Of a stretch of 64,000 nt of DNA, positions 36,668 to 50,500 are shown in pieces (the first letter of the stretch is position 1; each line of letters starts with the position of its first letter). Origin of the DNA: Lineus longissimus (Eukaryota). A program made the translations under genes and the position numbers. The stretch is taken from assembly GCF_910592395.1 (NCBI RefSeq), contig NC_088308.1, positions 1,240,001 through 1,304,000 of the forward strand, written 5' to 3'. The notes below the pieces were generated by a model that saw only the letters and a program-made list of their open reading frames with translations, did not search any database and was not told the DNA's origin.

Positions 36668-39600
36668 CTACTCTCCATCCTCCAAAAGTTCTTCAATATC
36701 TGTGAGACGAGCACCAAAGAGGCGATTCTCAAACCGGGACAGCTGCTTGAGCGCTCGTCTGTCCAATTTCACAGTCTGCCTTTTCCTTATCAAGTAACCA
36801 TAGGTATCCGATAGGGTCCAGTGAAACTCGTACATGAGGATTGCAGCCGCTATCATTGTACTCCTGTTGACCCCATGATGGCAGTGAATCAGCACCGTGC
36901 CTTTAGACTCCTTGGCCGCCCGGACAAACTTAATCGCCTCGGGGAACCTCGGAAGTAGTTTATATCCCCTGTCCTCATCTTCGTCAATCCGAAGATAGCT
37001 AACTTTATCCGTAAATGCATTCATGTGTTCTAAAGAAGCGTTGACATCATGAGTTATCAGTAAGTTCGAGACCACGTCCTCGTCATTCGCTTGCTTCGCT
37101 GAGCCAAGATAGAGAAAGTTCTGCACCACCATGGTGGGATAGGAGACGAACTTCATTCGCTGGGCGTGCGAATGGAGCGGTCTATCCGTACAGAGGAACG
37201 GGAACGAGTTATAAAAGGCGGTGAAGCCGCCTTCGATGATCAAAGGCTCCGCCCCACACTCGCACAACTGCTCATAAGTCTTTGATAACGTACTCGTGGT
37301 GAGGTCAAAGGTCCTCCCGTTGTCGTCGTAGATTATCACAAATGTGTATTTCTTGATCGAGTCCAGTTTCTGAACGACCCTTGGGTCCTCCAAGAAAGAA
37401 TAATGCCTGGCGGTGGCGATATGGCAACTCTCGAATTCATCCCGTGGCCGCGTGTCTAACAGCAGCATGTAGTCCTTCTTGGCAACGAGCGGACTATCGT
37501 CGCCATCATTGAGATAGTTATAAAAGTCCTGTAGAGTGACGTATTCCGTTTCCTTCGCGCTCTCATCCGGTAGCCTCCTGACCGTGAGTCTGCCGTCAGG
37601 GACCTCCATATTCACCGCAATGAAGCTACTGGCGACGGACATGTTGTTGGTCACACTCAATGCGTCCACCTTCTTCCCTTTCTTATCGGTCTTGCCCTTC
37701 TCTTTCTTGTCTTTCTCCTTCTTTTTATCTTTGTCTTTCTTCTTGTTCTTCTTGGATTTCTTGTCGTCTGCAGAAAAGATGGAACTGATTTAAAGGCGGA
37801 AACATGTCACGTAAAGCTTATGAAAGCAGGGTTGAGACTGCCCAGTAAAAACCTAAAGCGGGAATAAGTTCATTCATAAATCTGAACAGTTTCGATGACA
37901 CTAGGCAGTTGCAACATTACTCAAATCTTCACCGACTGTTGGAAGGGGGAGAGGGGTCCCTGGCCCTGTCATCAATCAGTGACAGAACACATTTGGTCAT
38001 AAAAGTAACGCCAGGTGCACTGAAACAATCAAACTAGAGGGTTGAATAGGTTTACATAACTTACCGGCGTCTTCCTCGTCACTATCGTACGCGTCCTCCT
38101 GTAAAGAGAAATCAGAATGGTCATTTGCGCTAGACCCCAAGCTGATGCCGAATCTGTGGAACATGTTCAGTTTATCCAGTTTCTCTGCAATCTGGAAGCG
38201 AGAAGGAAAAGCTATAAGCATGGGTCTCTTGCTAATAATATACAAAGAAGAAGATAATAGGAGCCCAGTTGAAGCCTAAGTGAAAGTTACAGGTTACCAG
38301 ACACTAGACAACGCTCTGCACAACGGGCACGTGAACTCCAATATGGAAACCAACATTGGAAATTTGCTGCAGTTAGCACAAACTTTATTATTCCATGAAA
38401 CAGTTTCTCTATTACCAAGTCCTTAAGATGACTTTCTTTGTCAAACAACGGTTGAGTAAAAAGAAGGTGAAACGTATGGAAAAGGCTGAAACTTGAGGAT
38501 ACTTGAAACGGGACTGATTACCGAATTCGACTCCGCCTCCACCCTTCGTGACCGATATCCTCTGGTTAAATTAGAAGACAGGATACCCATCTTTAGATAG
38601 AGAGTATTCAGTATGAACATTGCGAAAGAAGCTATCCTCAATGAGCATGACACTGAGCAATGTATTTGTCGTTCTGTGGGAAACTTGAGCCATGATATTC
38701 CACTGTATGCTAGTCTGGTCAAACATCTATATTTGATATTGAGAAAGCTAGCAAACAACAGGGAAATGTAATAATTGTAATGTGTTGTTTGGCTCAGACA
38801 TATTACCATATTGACTCACTCGTGTTGTCAACCGATGCCTGTAGCTCTTTCTTGGTATGGGTACATGTACGAGAGCACGTACATTACTCTGACAACACCA
38901 ATAGGAATGTCTGCAGGGTTTGCTCGAGGACCACAACTAAACGTAGTTTGCCTCAGTTTTAATACGTCACTTATTCTTATTCGACAGTTATCTTCATAAC
39001 TTGCTTGTTCATAAAATGTCTCCCTAGTCACACACGTGGATTATCACGTGCCCATTGTACCGATCAGATATGCTGTAGGGGTTGTGGAAGACTATACAGG
39101 GTGTCCCTAAAGAGAACGCTCACTTTAAATGTTCATTGTCAGAAATACAGCGCTATATTACACAGGCAGATAATGACCTGCCAAAATTGTTTAAGCAATC
39201 ATGGCATCTTTTATAGATGGCGGGTATACTTCCGGGGACACCCTGTATATTATGGTACAAACTAAAAGAAACAGGAAAGCTACGCATTAATGTTGTTAAT
39301 ACAGCAAGCGTTACCAAGCTCTTTCTTGAGGCCGCTGGCGTAGTGCGTGGTGTAACTGGTTTGGTGTGATAGGCGCCAAAGTAGGGGGCCGCGTGTTCGA
39401 ACAGAGCTGTGAAACCAGGGACGACTGCATCCACCATCGCTCGCGAGACGGACGCGTATTCTATGGGCACCTGTTGATACAGAAAGGAACATTGCTGGCA
39501 GTGCGTAAAGGTCGGCACGTGGAAAATGAATTTAGAGTGGATTTTGGGTAAAGGTAAAAGGCTAAAGCGAGAACAAGCAAAATGGTTGTCTGTTCAAGCA

Positions 39601-42600
39601 GTTATGTGAACTAAGAAGCGGCGAGGCCTACTAACTTGATCTGAGGTCATATGTCTCTTTTGACATGTCCCAAAATCAGTCGTCGAACAATAGTTTTGGA
39701 CACGTGGTTCTGGGGACCTTTGCTTACTAATACACCGCACAAGGCTCTCGTATAGTTCGACCACTACATACTGTATATCTTCTCTCTACAGCTGACCAAA
39801 TATAGAAGGCAGAGCAAGGCAATTCAAGCTGATGACTGATGATTCCACCCACGTGGTTTCCTACTGAGGACGCGCTCTCGCACTCACACTAAACTCGGCT
39901 TAAGACAAGCCAAAGGCTATTTGGTAATTGAGCTCACCCGGTAGTGCGGTTGGTGTGGAGCGGAAGAATCATCAGAAGACGCAAACCGGGAAACTTTTAT
40001 TCACCAAACAACCGCTGGGGCCAAGTGTTATTCTTGTGGAATCAGTCCTTTACCTTGTGAGTTATTGTTATATCTTAACCTACACCATACCTCTGTCCAA
40101 ATAATGTTAAAGTAGTTCTTACCTCTTCCTTTTTCTTCTTCTTCTTTTCTTTTTCCTTCTTCTTCTTCGAAGACTTCTCATTCTCGCTATCAGACTCGTT
40201 GCCCTTCTTTTTCGATTTCCGCTTTCCTTTCTTATGGGATTCCTGATCACTTCCGTCATCAGTATCCGACTCAGAGTCATTATGGCGTCGCCTCATGACA
40301 CCTGACCTTGGTCTTTTCTCAAGGTCACCGTTTTCTTGCCCGTGTTTCTTTTTGCGTGCTATCCTAATCTTTCGTTGGTACTCGCCATCAGAATCCGTCT
40401 CATCGTCACTATTGTCACTTTCACTCTCACTATAATCCTTCTTCTTACCTTTCTTATCTTTCTTATCTTTCTTGTCCTTTTTATCTTTTTTATCCTTTTT
40501 CTTTTTCGATTTTTTACCATCGTCACTTTCGCTATCACTATCCTTCTTTTTCTTACCCCATCTGCTTTTTTTCTTCTTCTTTTCAACATCACTGTCAATG
40601 TCACTATCATATTTACTTTTTGCCTTTTTGCCTTTATGCTTTTTACTCTTTTTACTGTCACTATCACTATCACGAGCCTTGCTTTTACGTCTGCTCCTGC
40701 GATCGTCCTCCGAGTCGCTACTTTGGCTATTTAGCCTCCTCCTGCTATTGCGCATGAACGCATCATTGGCACTTTTCGGTCTTAGCCTCTCCCGATCCCT
40801 CCGCCCCTCCTCCTCACCAACATGTCTCCGTACGACGCCATTCCGCCCACCATTCTCACCCACAAGAAACAGCCCACTACCATCCACATCGTCTTTCACG
40901 TTCATATAATCCGATTTGATTTCATCCCCTCCAGTCCAACTATTTGTGGGAGTTCGTTCCCCACTAGCAGTTTGCGGTCTCTCGCGCCATTTTTGAAAGA
41001 ATGAAACCCCACCAGCCTCGTTTTCGTGATTAGCATCATGTCCACGTTTATTCCGCGATCCAGACGACTTATTTTCATATCCGGAATCACTTTCACTCTC
41101 CGAGCGTCTACTTCTAGAACTCTTTGGCCGATCTTTTCTACTTCTGTGTTTTCTAACGTCATCACTTTCTGAGTCACTATCTTTATATTTGCTTTTATGT
41201 TTGTCTTTCTTTTTATCCTTTCCCTTCTTTTTGTGCTTGTCATCATCACTTTCTGAGTCACTGTCATCATGTTTACCTTTTCTTTTAGACTTCTTTTTAT
41301 CCTTTCCCTTCTTTTTGTGCTTGTCGTCATCACTTTCTGAGTCACTGTCATCATGTTTACCTTTCCCTTTGGACTTCTTTTTATCCTTGCCCTTCTTTTT
41401 GTGCTTGTCGTCATCACTATCTGAGTCACTGTCATTATGTTTACCTTTTCCTTTGGACTTCTTCTTATCCTTTCCCTTCTTTTTGTGCCTGTCATCATCA
41501 CTTTCTGAGTCACTGTCATCATGTTTACCTCTGCCCTTCGATTTCTTCTTATCCTTTCCCTTCTTTTTGTGCTTGGCGTCATCACTTTCTGAGTCACTGT
41601 CATCGTATTTACCTTTTCCTTTAGATTCCTTTTTGTCCTTGCCCTTCTTTTTGTGCTTATCGTCATCACTTTCAGAGTCACTATCGCCGTGTTTACCTTT
41701 TCCTTTAGATTTCCTTTTCTCCTTTTTCCTACGATCGTTGGATTTGCCTGTATCACTATCTGAATCATGCTCCTTGCCCGTTGACCGTTTTGACCCTGCA
41801 GATCGTGGTTTAGACCGCTTACTGCTGTTACTGGTCACATCTGATGCACTGTCCCCCTTATCCGTGATGGCCCAAGACGCCACATCACCAGCAGTTACAT
41901 TAGGTTGAAGAAGTGTCCTCTCCTCAGCAATAGGGGACGGTTTCGGCGACAACCTTTTGGCAGAAATATCTGTTGTCCTCATTTTGACAGCAGGTACTGC
42001 AAGATCATTCTCGATTGCACCAGGGATACACTCCGTGTCACTGTCCTCATTCGTAACCTTTCCATCAGTTTCTAAATCTAGCTCTTCCAGGTCATCTACA
42101 TCACAATCTTTGAGAGCTAAATCACCGTTGGCCATAGGCGCTTTCATCGGTCTGTGTCCAATGCTTATCAAATGTCCATTCGGACGCTTGAATTGTACTT
42201 GAGGCTCAGCTTCCTCCGTTACTAGGGGGACACTTGGGGAAATGATCAGACGACCTCCCCGGTCCTCGACGATCCGCTCCATCACGTCACCAACGCCATG
42301 AAGACTGGACCGCTTCCGGTCGGGAACCCTACTCGTCAAGATCTCAGACTCGCTGGCTAAGTCATCATCAGAATTTCCGTCATTTTGTTTAGTGGCATAG
42401 TCCACTGATTCGTCCTCACTGCCCGAGTCCTCCTCACTCTCCGAGTCATACTTCTTCTTCTTATCCTTGCTCTTCTTCTTCTTCGAATCCTTGTTATCCT
42501 TATCCTTGCCTTTATTCTTCGCATTCTTCTCCTCTTTTTTCTTCTTAGCGCTCTTAGGCCTCCACTTCTTCCCATCATTTTCATCATCATCGCTTTCATC

Positions 42601-44188
42601 AGAATCACTCTCATCCTTTTTACCTTTCTTTTTCTTCTCCTTCTCCTTCGCCTTCTTCTCTTTTTCCCGCTCTTTCCTTTCCTTTTCTCGAATCTTCTTC
42701 TCCTTCTCCCGTTCCTTCTTCTCCTTCTTTTCTCTCTCTTTTTCCTTTTTCTCTTTCTCCTTTCTCTCTTTTTCTTTGGCCTTTTTATCTTTAGGATCCT
42801 CTTCCTCTTCCCCCTCCTCTTCCTCCTCCTCCTCTTCCTCTTCCTCCCCTTTAACATTCGGCTCCTTTTTCTTCCATTTTGAAATCTTCGACATCTTGTG
42901 CGGTGGTTTCTTCTTTCCTTTCGTGTTCAAACTGAACGTGCTTGCCTCGATATCCCCTTCCTCGCCCTCATCAATATCCTTATAAGGCGACGACTCGGCG
43001 TCCTCGTTTGACCCTAAGCTAGCAAGGCTCCCATTGACGTGACCATTCTGCGCTTTTTTATCCTTCTTTTTATCCTTTTTATCTTTGTCCTTATCTTTCT
43101 TTTTCCCAAACCGTGATAGCTTCCCCTTTTTCTCTTTTTCAGGTTTTTCCTCTATCTCAGACCTATCCTCGGAGTTCTTGTCCTGCAGAAGATATGAAGA
43201 GAGGAAAAGGTCAAAAACGGAGACGCTGATTTTTTATGTATAAAAAGCAAAATGGGCTGAAATTATATGATACTGAAACAAAACTGATTATCATTATTAT
43301 TCGGGGTTGTAGGTAAAGTACATTGAACAGTTAAATGCCAACAAAGAACGATGAGAAAGTGTTAGAAACAAGAAGAATGCAAACCAACCTTCTTCAGTAA
43401 ATTTATTAGGGTGATTCGACTTAATCTGTCCCCGTCCGTACGTTGATGTTAAAATGCTAGCGAACTCTGACAAGTAAACCTCAGGTATGTGGAGAAACGG
43501 GCCAGTGCAAGCTTTATCAAACAGCAGGTTGCTAGTTTAAGAATGGTAAGGGAATTTTTACTTAAACATTGACAATACGTATACAATATGGCACAACATG
43601 TTTCAGCTATTACCGTTGTTTTTGTTAGGATCATTGTATTACATGAGAGGGAGTGAAAGTGGGTAGGCCTATATGAGACGCCAATATGATACTCATAGGC
43701 CTGTAGTTGCCTTGCTGTACTTTAAACGGTTTAAGTATATCCCCTGATTACTAAAGTTGCTGGTCTAATTACATTTTATAGGCCTATAGCTACATAAACC
43801 TTTTGATTATAAGATCGAGTCTCATATAGGATCTAGCCTGTCGCATTCTGCATTCAAAGTAGCCCGATCATTAGCCGGCAATCCGACTCTACCGGATGGT
43901 TAATTTAAGACTATGCCCAATTGCACTCCTTTGCACACTAGTGACGACAAATCCGTCCACTCAGTAGGTTTTATGCCACCTCATACTAACCATCATCAAG
44001 AACTTTGAAGATTTTTATCAAGCGATACCGGGAGGAAAGATGCCCGGTGCTATGCCGCACCTACAACACCGCATGACCACGACAACGTGCTTCCTTACCT
44101 CTTCCTCGTCGGCGTCTTCCTCTGAGCTGGCGTCCTGATCTATCGAGATGGAGCAGACACCCTCCTCCTTGGACGAGCCGTGCCCCAT
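36668..44188 (-). CDS. Rhodanese + dual-specificity phosphatase domain protein (STYXL1/MK-STYX-like) with a very long charged low-complexity N-terminus, up to ~1510 aa
   Basis: Exons 44188-44099 (MGHGSSK..), 43182-40123, 39470-39315, 38191(or 38098)-38065, 37767-36668, all GT-AG and phase-compatible. Rhodanese LLLDTR..FESCHIATAR, VIIYD, GGF.AF..FPFLC; DUSP LYLGS, LIHCHHGVNRS, QLSRFE. The last exon is certain; joining of the upstream exons is inferred. Confidence 0.8.
39097..39245. mobile_element. Tc1/mariner-type MITE
   Basis: TA|CAGGGTGTCCC...GGGACACCCTG|TA. Confidence 0.85.
41160..41720 (-). repeat. Coding 84-bp (28-aa) tandem repeat, ~6.5 copies
   Basis: HDDSDSESDDDKHKKKGKDKKKSKGKGK units inside the 3060-nt exon, with mostly synonymous variation. 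Confidence 0.92.
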
Positions 44189-47100
44189 TCTCTCAGTCCT
44201 CCGTAGCTTCGTCATCTAAGCGGTTGGGTGAGGCCACGCCTGCAGGCAGAAAGCAGAAGAGGATTGTCACTCTTGGAATAAAAAGCAACGAAATGATTGA
44301 CCGGTAAATGTCCCAGATGGCTACTGGGGATGTTAACCTGAAGAAGAAGTCTGTTGTTAAAGAGATTTGGCCCATTGCTTGTGTCCAGGCCAGTCAGCAG
44401 AGAGCACAGAACATGGCATTGGAGCTCGCTATAGCTGGTAATGAAAGTTTGCAGCGGATGATGGGCAATATCATTTAGTCGGAAAAAAAGCTCCTCTTAC
44501 AATTCGCAATGCATTCATATATTCCATTTGATTTTATTAATCGTGATATAATTTTGCTTCCGTGACCCGTCATCCTCTGTTGCACATGCGGCAGGCAGGT
44601 CTGTGCATTATCGGTTGTGGTCATAAAAAACTGAAAAAATCAATCGGCGGTGCTACAGCTATTCCAGCCCACGCCAGAGTGGATTTTGCTATATATTTGC
44701 CGGCAGCAATCAATGAAAATGTTATTTTGGTCTTCAGAGACATTCAAGTAATGATTACGCAGACTTATCAGATATTGAAGGGGCCGACTAGTGCTCTTAT
44801 TTCGTGAAGCGTCCCGTAAATGGGCCATTTTTGGCTGTGACCGACGTCCCTTTTGCGATGCCTTCTGCAAAAGCCCATTTCTGAGCCTCAAGGGTTCACT
44901 GCCAATTCTGATGTGACCCTCAACAACCACTGGATCTGAAGTCGTGAACGTTTAGCACCTTTAGGTCAAGTTGTCAGGTCAAGATGATTTACCCCTCCTC
45001 TGTGCCCTGCGTTGACTCTTTAAGACATGCAAATATCATGGAAACCGTTGAATTATTGATGAAACGCGTTACGTGACATCCTGAACTTCCAGCAGCTATA
45101 GTTCCGTATAGTCTCCGTTTGACGCGCGATATCTGGAAGCTGAACAATGTCAATACATTGAGGGTCAAGATGGTAACGTGAGAGCATTATCACTTCACCA
45201 CGACCATGGACAGATGAGATCAGTAGAGTCGCGGGAATAATCGAGCATTGTGAAGCGTTCTCTTTTGGTCAAATACATGTAATAAAATGATGATAACATC
45301 AACGTAGGCAAACACACGGTAGTATTTAGCTAACTGTTTAGCTTTGACCAACCGAGTACGGTAAATGTGTTGCTATAATAACAATAACGAACAAGACTAA
45401 AAGTTAAATATGTCGTCATTTTAAACATCACCATGTTTTGAGATATCGGTGCTTGTAAACAAATATCATCACTATTACAAAACATCATGTATGAGACTTG
45501 AGACAGGTCGAGCTAGAACTGTTCAACCAGCTATATAGTTTGCTGTGAAATACTAACAATACGTCATAATATGCCATACGGGCAGGACAGTTTTTTTATC
45601 AGAAAGTGTCAGGGGTGAGAACAGTGAAAATAATGGTACGGATAAACAAGTTATTATTGACAAAAATCTGTTATGCGTCTCGTCTTTCTATAGACTTCTG
45701 CTTATGACTTAGATGGAGTAAATATATGGAACAGACGGAAATATGATATGGTATAAATCAACATGAGCAGGTTGTAGGTGAAAAAATGAAAAGTGTTTTG
45801 TATCTAAAAATGTTATACTAGCTCGATCATGAGCAACGCCGAATGCGCATCCTGAACCGATGTAACACTCACAGCTTTTTTCAGACAGAGGGCACGTCTG
45901 CGTCAGGCTACACGAGTAATCACCAAGCAAGGCGTGGGCCAACTCAAAATACCTCTGACCTCCTTTCACCCTCTTCTACGTTTGCTAATGAGTTGGCTCA
46001 ACAAACATTGTTATGTAGGCATGTCGACCGAGAATGACAAAGTTACTGGGCTATACTAAAACCTACCAAAGACCAAGGGGTGCAGACAAACTAGACGTTA
46101 TTGGACTTTTGTACCAAGACCCTCGCCAATTCTAACACCGGCTCCTAATTTTCATTTCAAGCTCGATTTATGCACATAGCCGTTCTCCAACACGTTCAAC
46201 ATTGGATAGAGACAATATGGTGGTTGGCGACACCAAGTTGTCCGACTGTCAGGCGTCATGAACTTAGTTTCGATTTCGTAATAAACCGGTCTTATATACA
46301 CAGATCGGTAAAACTATACTCCCTTTAAAATGATGAAGGGTGGACTTACCCGGTTGAGATATATTCCAGTCACTCACATACACCTGAAACATTGTTTTTG
46401 ACGAGATGGCTACCTTCGTAAGACCGGGGATTTCTACTCCTCATCAGCAACAACAGTTACATATCACTTAACTAACCATAAATCATAGGATCGTAATGCT
46501 ACACGCATATCCAATTAAGACACCATTGTTAATCGGTCACTGAATACAATAGAAATCGATAGACACCCAAAGCTCTTTGCCGCATGATTCCAGGTCTCTC
46601 ACAAGTAGTATTCTCGAACTTGCGCAATTGTGCACTCCGGAGGGAGTGGACCGGTCTCGTCCGTTCGCCCGAAAAAGGATGCAGGATGACGAAATGGACT
46701 GCGAAAGAGTCTAGCGATATTTTTTATCAGCGAGTTCCAGTTCAAAAGTGATGTATCGAAAACGTTTTAGAATCGAGAACGCAAAATGTTGTTCTAAGGT
46801 ATCTTTCCCAAGAAAGGATGTTTCGCCAATAGTAAAATGTCTGACTAAGACGCAACAGCCGATACAGACGGCCATAACTAAGCAGAGTTTACGCGCCGGC
46901 AGCTACAGGCACTGATCAAAGCTACGATTGCATGATGATGGAGGGAATCAATGAATTCCATTCACATCATGGCTTCACCACTTCTAAAATCGATAAAACA
47001 ATTATTTACAATAATCATAATTTCCAATATTATTGCATTCATCTGTGGTCACGTCGTATAGCCTGGTGATTTTCAATATATACTCCGGACCCCCCCCCCC

Positions 47101-47390
47101 CCTTGATATTTCAAACGTATACGAGGTAGGAGTATTATTTAGCAAAAACCTGATCTCATGATGGCTACCAAGATGAATGATGACCAATTCATCAACAGCA
47201 TTATCAATAGTTTAAAATCTAATATGCGGTTTGAAGGTACTCTAGTTTCACCGACCGCTTTATTATATCCGAAATCGAAACATGACCAAGACCATCGGCG
47301 AACTTGGTGTCGCCAGAGTTTTTCAATAAAGAAAGTCCCTCGTGACGCTTAGTCCACCTTTAATAGTTAACAATCGGTAGCACCAATTCA

Positions 47391-47562
47391 GCTAGAACTT
47401 GCAACCTTAAAGCAATTAGAACTCCTTCAACGTGAAGTAAACGCCAATTTCAGGCGTGGAGTCTATTCTCTGGAAAGCAAAGATAACTGTCTCCCATCCT
47501 TGAAATTGGCACTCACTTCGTTTTGAAAGGGTTCCGATTGCTAGAAGATTTCAAGTTCTAGC
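47391..47562. mobile_element. Fold-back (palindromic) MITE-like element
   Basis: GCTAGAACTTG...CAAGTTCTAGC ends with nested pairs agcaatt/gattgct, gaagt/acttc, gccaatttca/tgaaattggc. Confidence 0.65.
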
Positions 47563-50500
47563 AATACTGGAGGTGACCATGATCAACCCTATGCAAGAGA
47601 TGAAGAGAGAGCCTGTTAAGAATGCATGCCGGAGATAACGAAGCAACAAGGATATCAGGTAAGTAACTACTTGAAACAGCCAAATGAAAAGCGACGAATG
47701 CCATCATGAGAGACGTATATACCGCCCAGTGGAGTGCAGTTACTTGACCGAATGTCAGAAATATAGGCCTTCTGGGGTGATTTTTGCAAAAGGAGTCTAC
47801 AGAGGTTTCTCCATTTTATTAAAACAAATATTTGTCCATTCTACATGTATATAGAATGTCAAGCGTTAGCATTTCCTTCTTGACGTGAAGGCCTGTATAG
47901 CCTACATAAAGCCTACGGTCAAAAACTATTCCACCCTGAACCTCATGGTCTTTCTTGGGGGTTTAAATGTTATGGAAAAACCTTGGTGGTCAAGATGTAA
48001 CCAATCTTGAGCAGCAAATAATTCGCGCCATGTGAATTGTTTTTAGAGGACAGCAAAGGATGTGTCCAAATTAACAATCAGGTCAGGAATTAAACTTGAG
48101 TTTGGATTTTAATTACCTTGAGGATTAGTCCGTGCACTTACGACACTGTAATCATAAATCGAATATAAGTCTTCGCGTTTGATTGGTTTTAAATCTCAGC
48201 TTTATGCGCCAATAGTTATTATCAATCTGAATTTTTGACATAGAAATAAAAAAACTCGAAATAATGCACATTCTGTGCTCCCTGACAAGGCGCCCCGGCT
48301 TATTCATCGCCATACAGTGTCATTTAACATACAACCCCAGATCATGAGAGTTGTGTAGCTCACGATTTGAGACTTTGTATTGTGTTTGACATGCCTCATA
48401 GACATAACACCACACGCATTGCTTTCGCGACGACTAGTCAAATATTAAATTTGCGATGACAGAAAAATAAAAGAATATCTTGTGATAAAAACGAAGAAGA
48501 CCACTAGATGTAGTCAACAAAAGCGCCTCGGTCGTTTTCATAATTTCAAAGGATGTTTTTTGAATAATCATTTTATACTTGGCACCTTACCATCCCGACT
48601 ATGGTGCATCCAACTATATAACACGCTGAGCATGGACTTTGCTGTATGTTATGGATGTCAGATAGTGGTTTCCTTGGGATTTGCAAAACCGAATAATGGG
48701 CGTATCTAAGACACCGGCGGTGACATATTGAGGGCCCCTGGCTGATCTATTGATACGTTCGCATTAGGGTGTCAAAGTCGGAGAGGCGAAGGGCCACTGC
48801 ATGGTCTCTTGTAGGGGGACCATTAACTGGAAGTGTGATAAACAACAGATTTGAATCATTCTGACATTTAGTGACTGTTTCGTATTTGCTAAACTATCTT
48901 TTAGACTTACCGATGAAGAAGCAACTGCAACGCAACTGATGTCTTATTCGTAAATCCCTGTCGCGTACCTCGCCTTGTTTATCGATATCCGTTCAACTGC
49001 TCGGCCTAAATTGAACAAATATTGTCCTGTGGTATCAAAATGTCAAAGCGGCAACATGTCGTCTGCCACGGTTGACAAGTTGTTTTCAGATTGACAGCCC
49101 GAATGGCAAAATGCAATCACACTGTGACCCTCAAAGGCCAGTCTGATGACAAGCACTGTCATATATCGTGATTGTGTAGCACAATATTCGATTCAACATT
49201 TTGGTTCTCCAAGCTGTTGATATATGAATAAGATTATCGAGTTCAACCGCACTTGAAAATTCGTATACGATCAACTTGGGCAGGACAAATATGATCTTAC
49301 ATTGTAGTTATAAAAGTTAAGCCTCTTCCGTCGTTAAGGCAAAGATTTGTTTTTCAGAGTTGTTTTAAGGGCCAAATGTTTAATCACATTTTTATCGCAT
49401 GAAACACACCCCAAGGGATTCGGGCACGCTTTTATGTGTGTTGGTTATTAGACTTTTTCAGTAAATGATGGAAGCAATTATTCCAATTACCCTATAGAAG
49501 AGTATTTCACATTGGTTGCTGTCATCTAACTTGGTGCGACAGCCTGCTGACACCATATACCTATGCCGTCGATCATTACAAGGTTTCCCCGACGTCTGCC
49601 TAATTAATAGCCAATAGTAAGATCGGAGTTTACCATGCTCACCACGGTGAATGTAGAATTTACCCGGCATGCTCACCATGGTAAAATATTTCACCGTCCC
49701 AATTCACCATGGTGAATTGTGGATTTACATGGTGAAATTGAGACACATTTTTCTAAGGGTCCTTCTGGCTGTGACATTGTTTTACTCGGAAGTATACGGA
49801 CATCAGGTCACCATTCAAGTTGAAACGGGGCATTACACGGCTATGTACTGACGTCTATCTATATGCTAACACTCCAGTTGTGACAGGGATGGGTCCCGAC
49901 GTCTACCTTATGCTACTATTCCAGTTGTGACAGGGTTTTCACAGGGATGTGTCCAGATGTACAGCTATGCTGGGGTACAAGTTTGAAATGTCCTAGAACA
50001 GAATATCCCAGCAACAAAGGATTCTTGACAGTCATAGTCTCTAAAGAACCATACATAATATTCTGTCAGAATACATGGACACATTGTCCAGGAGGACTTT
50101 TTCCACTGCTACACCACTATTTTTGGTTGGGAGTGGGTTTGACAGATTGTGGGCTATGGCAGTACATCAATGAATTCGTCATCCCAGCTGGTTGTGGCAG
50201 CATTGATCTCAGGACTGTGCATGGACAAATCTCCATGATCTGTTGCTCACCTTCTGGTAGCGGCATGCTTTTTTATGTCTGCCAACAATGCCTTTATTCC
50301 ATGTTCAATTTTTTACCAGGCCATGACCAAGGCTTTGTTGCCGGTTCATATATGATATTGCTCTAGATCTCTGTTTTACAAGGGAAATATCCTCATAAAT
50401 CATAAATCCTGTCTTGACACTGTACACCAGTATATATCTATTCACAGTCTAGCACAACATGTCCTGGTGACACAAGTATGTATCAATGCCATCATTTAAA

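Noticed and set aside
40336..42985. Long F/L/S-rich plus-strand ORFs and alternative-frame minus-strand ORFs
   Set aside because: Shadows of the K/D/E/S low-complexity exon, which lacks stops in other frames because of its composition.
49947..50366. 139-aa plus-strand ORF
   Set aside because: No recognisable motif and no convincing exon chain; left unannotated, though a lncRNA cannot be excluded.
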